Part shown: positions 1 to 7,810 of the stretch, in pieces
Numbering within the stretch: the stretch's first letter is position 1
How the letters are laid out: every line of letters begins with the position of its first letter
Origin: Escherichia coli
Lineage (GTDB): Bacteria; Pseudomonadota; Gammaproteobacteria; Enterobacterales; Enterobacteriaceae
DNA length: 64,000 nt
Assembly (NCBI GenBank): GCA_902500205.1
Contig: GCA_902500205.1_4868.1
Strand: one strand, 5' to 3'
Translations under genes and position numbers: made by a program
Notes under the pieces: generated by a model
What the model was told of the DNA's origin: nothing
The model's database searches: none
What the model saw: the letters and a program-made list of their open reading frames with translations, nothing else

Positions 1-359
1 AGAGTAAGTGGGGCTATCGTTTACGGTTTTATTAATACGGTAATAACGCTCACCTGTGGTGGTGTTAACATTCCCGTCGATTTTGCCAATTGTATCTTTA
101 AACATCATCGGTGACTCTAGTTTGCCACCGTCCCACGTTGCTACCCAGTTTGCACCCACATCCATTACTGTTACTGACCGCGGCATCATCTGTAGATTGT
201 CCAGAACCGGACGGTAGTCTACAAACTTCTCCTGTGTCCCTGTGCATGTATAAATCACCAAGTCGTGATTCTTTACCGGTGTGCTGCTAAATTGTCCGAT
301 GTTGCTTGGTGACTGGACGCAACCGGTCAACAGGCTTATAAACGCGAATACGATAAATA
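1..359 (-). CDS. Putative lipoprotein, N-terminal part only (gene continues beyond window start)
   Basis: Minus-strand ATG near 359 by my reading; N-terminus MKRLFIVFAFISLLTGC is a signal peptide with lipobox LLTGC. Not in the ORF track because it is truncated by the window edge. Confidence 0.45.
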
Positions 360-492
360 GACGTTTCATAAGGTACCTTTCAGTGTTAAAAAAATTTCTC
401 GTTTAACGGCCAACTTTACTGTCATATTAAGCCCGCTATGTGGTTTTTGGAATGTTTAGTATGCACCGTTCGCCTACTACGAGGAAACAACC
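360..492. promoter_or_regulatory. Divergent intergenic region between the lipoprotein gene (-) and the 182-aa gene (+); likely carries promoters
   Basis: 133-bp AT-rich non-coding gap between divergently oriented genes; no confident -35/-10 assignment. Confidence 0.3.
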
Positions 493-1041
493 ATGGCAGT
501 TATCTCTGCAAAAGACCAACTCGTCGCGCTGTTTAATGCTGCAAACAGCGGGCTGTCCAGTCCGTTAACTTCTGCTGACGTTACATTCGGCGCTGTTGCT
601 GACTATTCACCAGCTGATTCTGGAGACACTCGCAACTCCAAACTTACCATCACCGCCACTGCGGAATCCGCTAACTTTACTGGCGAGAAAGAGCTGCATT
701 ATACCCGTCTCAATTCATTGAACATCATCGGTGCGAAAGCAGTGACCGCTGACCAGGCAGAATGGGATACCGATGATGAAGTGCTTGCTTTTGTCAACGC
801 AGATCTAATTGCCGCCGGTAAAACGGAAGATGCGTTTGCATTGTCTGAACTCACCATTACACGCGAGGACGGCAGCAGTGGTGAGAAAATCATCACTGTT
901 AAGGTGAAAGAAGGCCACATTAAATACCAACCTGCCAGCCTTGCTGTTTATACAGTAACGCAGCCAATCGTTAAAACCGACCTGAGCACCACCAATGGTG
1001 AACTGGACGGATTCGACGGCAAAGGTCACGCTGTCATGTAA
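493..1041 (+). CDS. Hypothetical protein (182 aa), possibly virion-associated
   Basis: ATG preceded by GAGGAAACA RBS-like sequence; Thr/Ser/Ala-rich product; followed by a strong terminator. Confidence 0.6.
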   Translation: MAVISAKDQLVALFNAANSGLSSPLTSADVTFGAVADYSPADSGDTRNSKLTITATAESANFTGEKELHYTRLNSLNIIGAKAVTADQAEWDTDDEVLAFVNADLIAAGKTEDAFALSELTITREDGSSGEKIITVKVKEGHIKYQPASLAVYTVTQPIVKTDLSTTNGELDGFDGKGHAVM

Positions 1042-1080
1042 CAGAGCAATTAGTAGTTTCTAAGAAATAAATAAAAGGTA

Positions 1081-1118
1081 CCTACCTCCCTTCGGGGAGG
1101 TAGGGCCTTTATTTTCTT
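1081..1118. terminator. Bidirectional rho-independent terminator between convergent genes
   Basis: Hairpin cctacctccc-ttcg-gggaggtagg with T-rich tracts on both sides; ends the minus-strand structural operon and the plus-strand 182-aa gene. Confidence 0.75.
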
Positions 1119-1121
1119 TGC

Positions 1122-1793
1122 TTACATGCCGAGTGATTCGGACAATGTTTTTAAACCGGTGTAATCGCGCTTTTCAGCTAACTCACGGATTTGGCGTTTG
1201 TTATCTGCCATTGCTGAGTGCAACACCTGGTCGCGTGCAACAATAGCGCCCAACAACGCTTTACATTGGTCTACTGTAAACGGACTGTGCTTAGTATTCA
1301 GCGTATCGAGCCAGTATTCTGGTGCGGTATCTGCCTGAATGTATTGACCGAGGATGGTACGCGACGATTCATCGGCTTGAAAGTGACTACCTTCAAACTC
1401 GATATAACCATGACGCACATCTTCGTAGCGATGGTCAAGTTCCAACAGCATCTTCTGCACGTCTTCGTAAATGTAACGTGCGGTAGATTTCAGATTCCCG
1501 CGAATTTCGTCGAGGTCAATCTCCAGCACATTAGCAATAAACTCTTTCGTGCGTTTCAATGTGAAGTTAGCTTCAATCTCCGACATCTCATACAGCTTCA
1601 TGCGTGCCAGGGCTTCTTTATCAGACATCCCTTCGATGAGATGGTAATGGAGTAATGCACAAAATCCGGTACGACCCTGATCCTGCGCACCGATTCGTTC
1701 CATGAAATTGCCGTGACGATCAATCGGCAAATCACGCTGGAAATAACGGGCGCGGATCTCTTCGTTCGTTAAGCTTTTGTCAGTAACAGACAT
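1122..1793 (-). CDS. Hypothetical protein (223 aa), last gene of the radical SAM cluster operon
   Basis: ORF track; co-oriented with and overlapping the upstream gene; no motif recognised. Confidence 0.55.
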   Translation of the reverse strand: MSVTDKSLTNEEIRARYFQRDLPIDRHGNFMERIGAQDQGRTGFCALLHYHLIEGMSDKEALARMKLYEMSEIEANFTLKRTKEFIANVLEIDLDEIRGNLKSTARYIYEDVQKMLLELDHRYEDVRHGYIEFEGSHFQADESSRTILGQYIQADTAPEYWLDTLNTKHSPFTVDQCKALLGAIVARDQVLHSAMADNKRQIRELAEKRDYTGLKTLSESLGM

Positions 1794-2335
1794 TCGTCCT
1801 CCTCAATCAGGCCAAGTTCTAACAACAAACCGAAGTCCAGCATCTGGAAGTCCTGATCGAGGTTACCGGCCCACAACAGAGAAATGTTGTGTTGCTCTTC
1901 TTCTTCCAACTGCGGGAGCAGGTGTTCTTCGAAGATTTGACGTTCTGTGTAATAAGCGTCAACCGGGTTATTGGAGCGTAAGTTACGAATACGCATCCGC
2001 GGGAATGACAAGCCCAATGCCACTAAACTTTCAGGACTGGCTTCATCAATAGAGTGACGTAGCAGTTCGATTTTGTGGCGTGGGTATGCAAGCAGTCGCT
2101 TCTCAAAGCCAGGGTTGCGCTTTTCGATTTCCGCGACAGACTCGTGTCCTTTCTCAACGCAGTAGACCGGGATCATCACATTCAGCCCGTATTTAATCAA
2201 CAGGCTTTGGATTTCATCAGTGAAGTCTTCCCCTGCCACAATTGCGTGCACATTGTACAGCTTGCTTTTGCGCAGGAAGCGATCGACCAAGTGCAGTTTA
2301 CGCTTCGTAAAATTGTGAATCAGTATTGACTTCAT
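1769..2335 (-). CDS. Hypothetical protein (about 189 aa), cluster-associated
   Basis: ORF track 1769..2413; start moved to internal Met (MKSILIHNF) which has a GGAG RBS about 7 nt upstream by my reading; no motif recognised. Confidence 0.5.
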   Translation of the reverse strand: MKSILIHNFTKRKLHLVDRFLRKSKLYNVHAIVAGEDFTDEIQSLLIKYGLNVMIPVYCVEKGHESVAEIEKRNPGFEKRLLAYPRHKIELLRHSIDEASPESLVALGLSFPRMRIRNLRSNNPVDAYYTERQIFEEHLLPQLEEEEQHNISLLWAGNLDQDFQMLDFGLLLELGLIEEDECLLLTKA

Positions 2336-3626
2336 TCTGGGCTCCGTTTTGTAATTTTTCTGCTTCAGCACGTTGGCGTACACAACGTGAACAATAGCAC
2401 ATGGATTTATCATGCAAATCTGATGCGCGGGTCGTACCAGTTTTCTGATACCAATATTCCGCCGCCATCAGCTTCGCAGTAGTCCAACCACACTGACGAC
2501 GTTCGGCGTGATACGCTTTACGGTCTTCCAGTGTACCTTCACCGTTTTCGTACGATGCTGCTGCGCAGCTACCGCAACTGTGTTTCATCGGACACCCTAA
2601 ACAGGTTTCTGGGTAGTTGGTGTACTGCGTTTGAATCTCTTCTAACAGCTTACCACCGTCCAGGCTCACAAACTCACGACCGACCAGTTCTGCTACAGCA
2701 GAACGGGAAGTTACCGTGGACATGAAACGGTTACAACCGTAAATCTTGCGATCAAAGCCGAGACAGGTCATGTGCGTCAACGTACCGCAGTACGGTTTCA
2801 GGCGTTCTGGGTCGAGACGAACAGAGTCGTCATGTAAGAGTTTGTCACGCCAATCCGGGTCCCAAGTTGCCATAAAGTTCAGGCCATCCGGGATGATGTG
2901 TGTAATCGTGTTACGCGGGTTGGTGTGCAGACCCTTCTCAATCCAGTAGTCCATCACGTCCATCATCTGGTTCGCGATATCCAACGCCATATGGCGCGGC
3001 AGGATATCTTCGTACGTTACGTTACCAGAGATGGTACCACCGCCGGACATGTCAATTAACGATTTCATGCTGGCGGCATAGTGCGGCAATGTATCGATCG
3101 TAAACGTCGCCTTTACGCCCAGCTCAGCGATGCCAACGCTCTTCAGGTAATTGTAACCGCGTACCGCAGCTTCGTACGACCCTTCACGCGTCGTGGTAAA
3201 GATACGATATTTGTCATGGACTTCAGGTAAACCATCGATGGAGACCCCAATAGACAGTTTGTCTTTCCAGCGCTCGATAATTTCTTTGTTCAGCGGTCGG
3301 TCCAGAAGTGTACCGTTCGTGGAGATACTGAACATATACGGGCGATTGTGTTCTGCGCATAACTTCTCTGCGGTTTCAAAGGCCGCCAAAAGAAGTTTAG
3401 GCTGCATGAACGGCTCACCACCGATGATATCGATGATGACTTCAACGTTCGGGATATCTTTATCGCGCTCGAAACAAGCGTGGATAAAATCAATCACGTC
3501 TGCTACTTTGTTGTTACGCGGATATTTACGCTCGTAGCAGTATTCGCAGTCCAGGTTACATGACAAGTTAGTCACAACCTGATACGTGCGTGGTGTGTAC
3601 TGGATTTGCTGTTCGCTATTACTCAT
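2298..3626 (-). CDS. Radical SAM enzyme with SPASM-type C-terminal domain (442 aa)
   Basis: N-terminal CNLDCEYC (CxxxCxxC radical SAM cluster motif); C-terminal Cys-rich segment CLGCPMKHSCGSCAA and CYCSRC typical of SPASM auxiliary cluster domains; its start overlaps the stop of the upstream radical SAM gene. Confidence 0.85.
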   Translation of the reverse strand: MSNSEQQIQYTPRTYQVVTNLSCNLDCEYCYERKYPRNNKVADVIDFIHACFERDKDIPNVEVIIDIIGGEPFMQPKLLLAAFETAEKLCAEHNRPYMFSISTNGTLLDRPLNKEIIERWKDKLSIGVSIDGLPEVHDKYRIFTTTREGSYEAAVRGYNYLKSVGIAELGVKATFTIDTLPHYAASMKSLIDMSGGGTISGNVTYEDILPRHMALDIANQMMDVMDYWIEKGLHTNPRNTITHIIPDGLNFMATWDPDWRDKLLHDDSVRLDPERLKPYCGTLTHMTCLGFDRKIYGCNRFMSTVTSRSAVAELVGREFVSLDGGKLLEEIQTQYTNYPETCLGCPMKHSCGSCAAASYENGEGTLEDRKAYHAERRQCGWTTAKLMAAEYWYQKTGTTRASDLHDKSMCYCSRCVRQRAEAEKLQNGAQNEVNTDSQFYEA

Positions 3627-4533
3627 TGTTCGCCGCCCGTTTACGCTTAGCAGAAATTACACGGTTGATGTAGTTATACGCATCAACGCCGATAGAACGC
3701 GCCAGGCGATTACAGCCGACTTCCAATATCTCTGGCGCGTTCTGAATTTGCTCCTGCGTACCGTCGGCGTTAAGCCACAGCACTTCACTGCACGTGTTGC
3801 ACTCGGTATCGAACATTTTACTGATCGCAAGCCCACATTCAGAATCGTTCTGCATGTTAAGGCGTTCGATATTGTCGAGTATTTTCCAATACCCGTACAT
3901 GAAGTTCATGACGTGGTCTGGCGATAACGGTTTCGGCATCATCGCATCAAACAGCAACGACATACCACCTGGACGGTAATGATAGATTGCTCGGTGCAGC
4001 TCGATGAAATCTTCGTACCAGCGTTTATCGCCTAACTGGTCACGCGTCATCACACCCCAGGTGTAATAGTTGTCCAGCTCGTACAGCACTTCCAGCGCTT
4101 CGTGATTACCACCGTTTACAAAGTTCATAAACGGACGTTCCGACTTCTTGTAGCCGTCAATGGACACAAAGATAAGGTCGAACTGTTTCAGCAACGGCAG
4201 ATGTGATTTACGCATCTTTAAACCGTTGGTGTACATGTGATGACGGAGGTTCGGATGAGACTCCTTCAACTCATTCACGAAGTCTTCAATCTTGCGCTGC
4301 GCTAACAGCGGCTCACCGCCCGTCCAATGAATCTCACCGATATCCGGATTCTTCTCTAAAATCGAGAGAATCTCTTCACGTTGAAACTCACGAGAAGTAT
4401 CTTCTCTATCCATGTAATAAGCCCCTCCACAGAAGCTACAGTCTAAGTTACACTTAGAAGTTGCGACAACCGACAGAATTGACGGTTTGTCGTACAGTTC
4501 AGACGAGATCCTGGATTCTACTTGATCTGTCAT
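3619..4533 (-). CDS. Radical SAM enzyme (about 304 aa), second maturase-like protein
   Basis: CNLDCSFCGG radical SAM motif; C-terminal Cys motifs (ECG...ECNTC...GC) suggest a partial or twitch-like auxiliary domain. Track start 4569 is probably a non-ATG codon; internal ATG (MTDQVES) with GGAG RBS preferred. Confidence 0.8.
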   Translation of the reverse strand: MTDQVESRISSELYDKPSILSVVATSKCNLDCSFCGGAYYMDREDTSREFQREEILSILEKNPDIGEIHWTGGEPLLAQRKIEDFVNELKESHPNLRHHMYTNGLKMRKSHLPLLKQFDLIFVSIDGYKKSERPFMNFVNGGNHEALEVLYELDNYYTWGVMTRDQLGDKRWYEDFIELHRAIYHYRPGGMSLLFDAMMPKPLSPDHVMNFMYGYWKILDNIERLNMQNDSECGLAISKMFDTECNTCSEVLWLNADGTQEQIQNAPEILEVGCNRLARSIGVDAYNYINRVISAKRKRAANNE

Positions 4534-4555
4534 TGCAGGTTGCTCCAGTATATTT

Positions 4556-5443
4556 TTAAATATAATCAATGGCGAATAAAGGATCTTCGTCTACATTAGC
4601 GCCAGGCACCAGTAACATCGGGTCGTGATAGGCAGCTAAAATTTTGTTCAGGTCGGCATGTCTTTCGTTCAAGCGTTTCAAATCGGCCAACGTAACCGAA
4701 CGACTACGAATCTCAGAAACAGCTTCTGCTTCTTCTTTCGTTAAATCCACCTTCGTTAAGAGGAAGCTTACCAGCTTACTCAAATCCGCTTCTGTCGCCG
4801 GGTAATCCCCATATCGGGTTTGAACCAGGTGTTGCATCCACGGCTTACGAATACGTTTGGTGATTTCGAAATCGTCAGTCAGCGCATACCAGACAGAACG
4901 CTTTTTATCCCACACGAACTTATAGCTATACGCCATCATGTCCGCTAAACGGGTGATGCCGAGTTCTTTATATCCCTCGATATCGATGTACGGTTCGGTG
5001 TCGAAATACGTTTCCGTATCGGCAGGTACCAGTACAAAGTAGTAAGGGAATGAGCCCAGATAGTCCGGACTCCACCAACGGCGCGCCATCGGTTTTGCTT
5101 CGAGTTCGTCAAACGGTGTAAACATCAGTTCTAAATCGACACTGTTGTTCAAAATCCCTTCACTGAAGAAATACTTACCGTCGACTAACACGCCACGAGA
5201 GTTACCATCGCCGTTAAAGATAACGATGGCCTCTGCAACCATATCACGGATCTTAAACGTATTTTCTACGGTGTAGTTCTTCTTGTCGGTCAAGAAGCGA
5301 CCACGAACCTTTGGCCACTCACCAGGAATCTGTGCAATCAGTCTGACTTTGTCAGCGAGGTGTGCACGCACCGAATCTGGGGAAGATAGATGCAGCGGGT
5401 GGTTGAATGTGGTTTTATACGCAAGATGCAAATCGTTTTTCAT
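4556..5443 (-). CDS. Hypothetical protein (295 aa) between the precursor genes and the radical SAM genes
   Basis: ORF track; GGAG RBS upstream; no recognisable motif; position suggests an accessory or recognition role. Confidence 0.55.
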   Translation of the reverse strand: MKNDLHLAYKTTFNHPLHLSSPDSVRAHLADKVRLIAQIPGEWPKVRGRFLTDKKNYTVENTFKIRDMVAEAIVIFNGDGNSRGVLVDGKYFFSEGILNNSVDLELMFTPFDELEAKPMARRWWSPDYLGSFPYYFVLVPADTETYFDTEPYIDIEGYKELGITRLADMMAYSYKFVWDKKRSVWYALTDDFEITKRIRKPWMQHLVQTRYGDYPATEADLSKLVSFLLTKVDLTKEEAEAVSEIRSRSVTLADLKRLNERHADLNKILAAYHDPMLLVPGANVDEDPLFAIDYI

Positions 5444-5465
5444 TTAATACTCCGAACGTTTTCTG

Positions 5466-5672
5466 TTATCGATTCCCCGCTCCACGGCTACAGCTTCCGC
5501 TGCAGGACCAGCTACACCCACCATTACAGTTATAGTGAGAAAGCGGTAAGCCAGCCAGGTTATTTGTGGTCGACACGGTGCCCTGGTTAGCGATATAGTT
5601 GTTTGCCTGTGCGGTTGTAATGTAACCTTCTGCCGTAACGAGACGGTTTCGAATAGTCTTGAGACTGATCAC
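5466..5672 (-). CDS. Cys-rich precursor-like peptide A (68 aa)
   Basis: GTG start with GGAGG RBS by my reading; N-terminus MISLKTIRNRL resembles paralogs B and C; short C-terminal core SHYNCNGGCSWSCSGSCS. Confidence 0.6.
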   Translation of the reverse strand: MISLKTIRNRLVTAEGYITTAQANNYIANQGTVSTTNNLAGLPLSHYNCNGGCSWSCSGSCSRGAGNR

Positions 5673-5687
5673 ATAAGCCTCCGTCGG

Positions 5688-6092
5688 TTAGGAGTTAGGA
5701 CCTGAACAACCACCAGAGCACGCACCTGAGCAGTTTGCGGAGCAGGATTTACCACAACCCCCAGAACAGCTGCCTGTGCACGTGCCGCTACAACCACCAG
5801 AGCACGAAGAGCTACAGCCCGTGCAGCTGCTGCTACAGCCTGATACACAGTTTGCCGAACAAGTCGACCCACAACCGCCCGTAGCAGACCCAGTACATCC
5901 GCCAGAACAACTCGAGCAACTAAAAGAGCATGTGCCACCACAGTCATAGTGCGAACGGCCTTGACCTGCGAACAAGTCGGCGTTATTCGTAGCTTTATTG
6001 CGAATGTAGTTTTGCACATTCGTGGTGTTCTTTAAAGCGTTTGCATCGATCGCGTTTAATCGGTTATTCAGTTCTTTTAATCCAATTGCCAT
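5688..6092 (-). CDS. Cys-rich precursor-like peptide B (134 aa)
   Basis: Leader-like N-terminus MAIGLKELNNRL; junction motif SHYDCGGTCSFSC followed by about 20 Cys in C-x3-C repeats with S/G/T/A/N spacers. Confidence 0.7.
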   Translation of the reverse strand: MAIGLKELNNRLNAIDANALKNTTNVQNYIRNKATNNADLFAGQGRSHYDCGGTCSFSCSSCSGGCTGSATGGCGSTCSANCVSGCSSSCTGCSSSCSGGCSGTCTGSCSGGCGKSCSANCSGACSGGCSGPNS

Positions 6093-6360
6093 TTAATCCC
6101 CCTTAGCGACCTGAACAGCCACCGGAGCAGGCTCCGGAACAACTGGAAGAACATGAGCCACCGCAACCACCTGTGCAGTTACCGGTACAGCTACTACTGC
6201 AACCACCAGAACAACCAGAGCAACCAGAACAGTTACCGCCACACGTCGAAGAACAGCTACCGATACAAGAAGCAGAACAGCTTCCTGAACAGCTCGAACA
6301 GCCATGCGAGCAACCGTTAGAGCACGTCCAAGAACATGTCCCGCCGCAATCTAGCTGTGT
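5700..6360. repeat. Low-complexity codon repeat tracts (Cys/Ser/Gly codons) inside precursor genes B and C
   Basis: Reiterated short codon units create long spurious ORFs on the opposite strand and in other frames (track ORFs 5669..6019, 6093..6305, 6173..6508). Confidence 0.6.
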
Positions 6361-6495
6361 TTTCGTCCAACCCCCAAATCGGTCTGCCGCGTTATGGGCT
6401 TTAGAGGCCACTTGCGCGTCGATACGGGGGCCTGTCGCCATGTTAGCTTCGACTATCTGGACGCGGTTTCTGACGTCTTTAATAGATATCGCCAT
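6103..6495 (-). CDS. Cys-rich precursor-like peptide C (130 aa)
   Basis: Leader-like N-terminus MAISIKDVRNRV; junction motif DCGGTCSWTC followed by about 21 Cys in C-x3-C repeats. Confidence 0.7.
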   Translation of the reverse strand: MAISIKDVRNRVQIVEANMATGPRIDAQVASKAHNAADRFGGWTKTQLDCGGTCSWTCSNGCSHGCSSCSGSCSASCIGSCSSTCGGNCSGCSGCSGGCSSSCTGNCTGGCGGSCSSSCSGACSGGCSGR

Positions 6496-6516
6496 TACGC
6501 TTCCTTAAAAAGTAGA

Positions 6517-6553
6517 ACGAGCGGACTATGTCCATAAACATAGTCCGGCTCGT
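6517..6553 (-). terminator. Strong hairpin (terminator or attenuator or RNA processing site) between the fibre operon and the precursor genes
   Basis: About 14-bp stem with one bulge (acgagcggactatg / catagtccggctcgt), followed on the transcript by a U-rich stretch and then the RBS of precursor C. Confidence 0.45.
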
Positions 6554-6560
6554 AAACAAG

Positions 6561-7763
6561 TTACTTAGTACCCGCTTCAGCTTGAACATCGTCGCGCGAG
6601 GTGAGGTTGTTGTTAACGTGAACAGCAGCCTGCACAACACCGCCATACTGTTTATGGAGGTAATTCGGGTGTGGGTTATCCGCAGCCGCATGGTTCGCCA
6701 GATTCTGGTTTGCCTGCGAAATTGCGTTGGTGTTGTTTACAACCTGAGTTTTAAGACTGTTGATTTGTCCTTGCAGGTTATCAATTTGCTGTTGGAAGTC
6801 TTTGCCCTGATTCTCAAGATCCGTGACACGCTGATTTGTTTCATTCAGCGCAGACTGAAGATCGTTAACCTTCTTCTGTAATTGCAACACCAGAGAATTA
6901 AGGTTAGCTAATGCTAACGACATTTTCTGGTAATTTTGAGCAACCACGTTAAGCTGGTCGTTCCACGCGGCTAACGAAGCCACAATTGCATCGATGCGTT
7001 GCCCCAACGCTGTGTCTGCTGCTCTTAAGTCGCCGATATCTTTGATAGTGGCGTCAATGGCAGTCTGTACACTTTGAATCAGAGCACGAATCTCCGTCTC
7101 CGTCAGGCCATTAACCTGATGAATGTCGAGATTGTGTACGTTACCTTCGGCGTTGATGTGGGTATTTAAGGCGTCGAGGAAGTCGTTTTTCAGACCACCC
7201 AGAATACCTTTAATTTCTTCCAGCTGTACTGCAGAGCCGGAGTTAATCGCATCTTTAATCCCCGCGAGTACGGTAATGATATACTCAAAACCGTAGATAT
7301 CGCCAAGGTCTTTATACGTCGGTGCGGACGGGAACGTATCGGGTACGTTCCGAAGATCCTTGAAGTCCACCACGCGGTCTTCAATTTTCAACGACGCAAT
7401 CGCTTGTCGGATGCCTTCGACGTTCGCGGACTGAAAACCACCGACAACTTGCGCAGAGACTTCGATATCAGTAGGAATGGCCGTGTTAGTTACCACCACA
7501 CCCATGACCACTTCGCGGTTCTTGGTCATTTTCTGATATGCAGTATGTGCAAAAATCAGCTCGTAGTCTGTACCGCGTTTGTACGGGTAGACACCTGGTT
7601 TATTCGCAGCCGCCAAGCGGAAGGTATCCGCGTAGAAAGCTCCGTCAGGAAATGCAAAAGCCCGGTTAACTTTACCAGAACCTAACGTAATACGCCGCGT
7701 AACGGCGTTCGACGTTAATGTCCCGGTAAGGTCGAGCGGGTACTGATAAATGATTTCGGCCAT
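6561..7763 (-). CDS. Tail-fibre-like protein (about 400 aa) with coiled-coil region
   Basis: Shares the N-terminal module (..RGTDYEL..) with the three large fibre proteins; central heptad-like Q/N/L-rich segment; C-terminal NPHPNYLH motif. Start moved to internal ATG with GGAG RBS. Confidence 0.65.
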   Translation of the reverse strand: MAEIIYQYPLDLTGTLTSNAVTRRITLGSGKVNRAFAFPDGAFYADTFRLAAANKPGVYPYKRGTDYELIFAHTAYQKMTKNREVVMGVVVTNTAIPTDIEVSAQVVGGFQSANVEGIRQAIASLKIEDRVVDFKDLRNVPDTFPSAPTYKDLGDIYGFEYIITVLAGIKDAINSGSAVQLEEIKGILGGLKNDFLDALNTHINAEGNVHNLDIHQVNGLTETEIRALIQSVQTAIDATIKDIGDLRAADTALGQRIDAIVASLAAWNDQLNVVAQNYQKMSLALANLNSLVLQLQKKVNDLQSALNETNQRVTDLENQGKDFQQQIDNLQGQINSLKTQVVNNTNAISQANQNLANHAAADNPHPNYLHKQYGGVVQAAVHVNNNLTSRDDVQAEAGTK

Positions 7764-7810
7764 TGCCAAACTCCTTTGATTGGGGCTTCCTTGCCCCATA
7801 GCGCTAACTG

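Noticed and set aside
1218-1655. Plus-strand 145-aa ORF antisense to the 223-aa cluster gene
   Set aside because: It is fully contained in the longer minus-strand gene, which is translationally linked to its neighbours; no RBS.
5700-6360. Short tandem repeats that could be mistaken for a CRISPR array
   Set aside because: The repeat units are codon-scale (3 to 15 nt) and in frame within coding sequence; there are no repeats of about 28 to 37 bp separated by unique spacers.
5669-6508. Long ORFs on the opposite strand or other frames across the Cys-rich genes (track ORFs 5669..6019, 6093..6305, 6173..6508)
   Set aside because: They are mirror products of the low-complexity codon repeats (Ala/Val/Leu-rich or Pro/Gln/Glu-rich), have no RBS, and the minus-strand Cys-rich frames have the conserved leader and proper starts.
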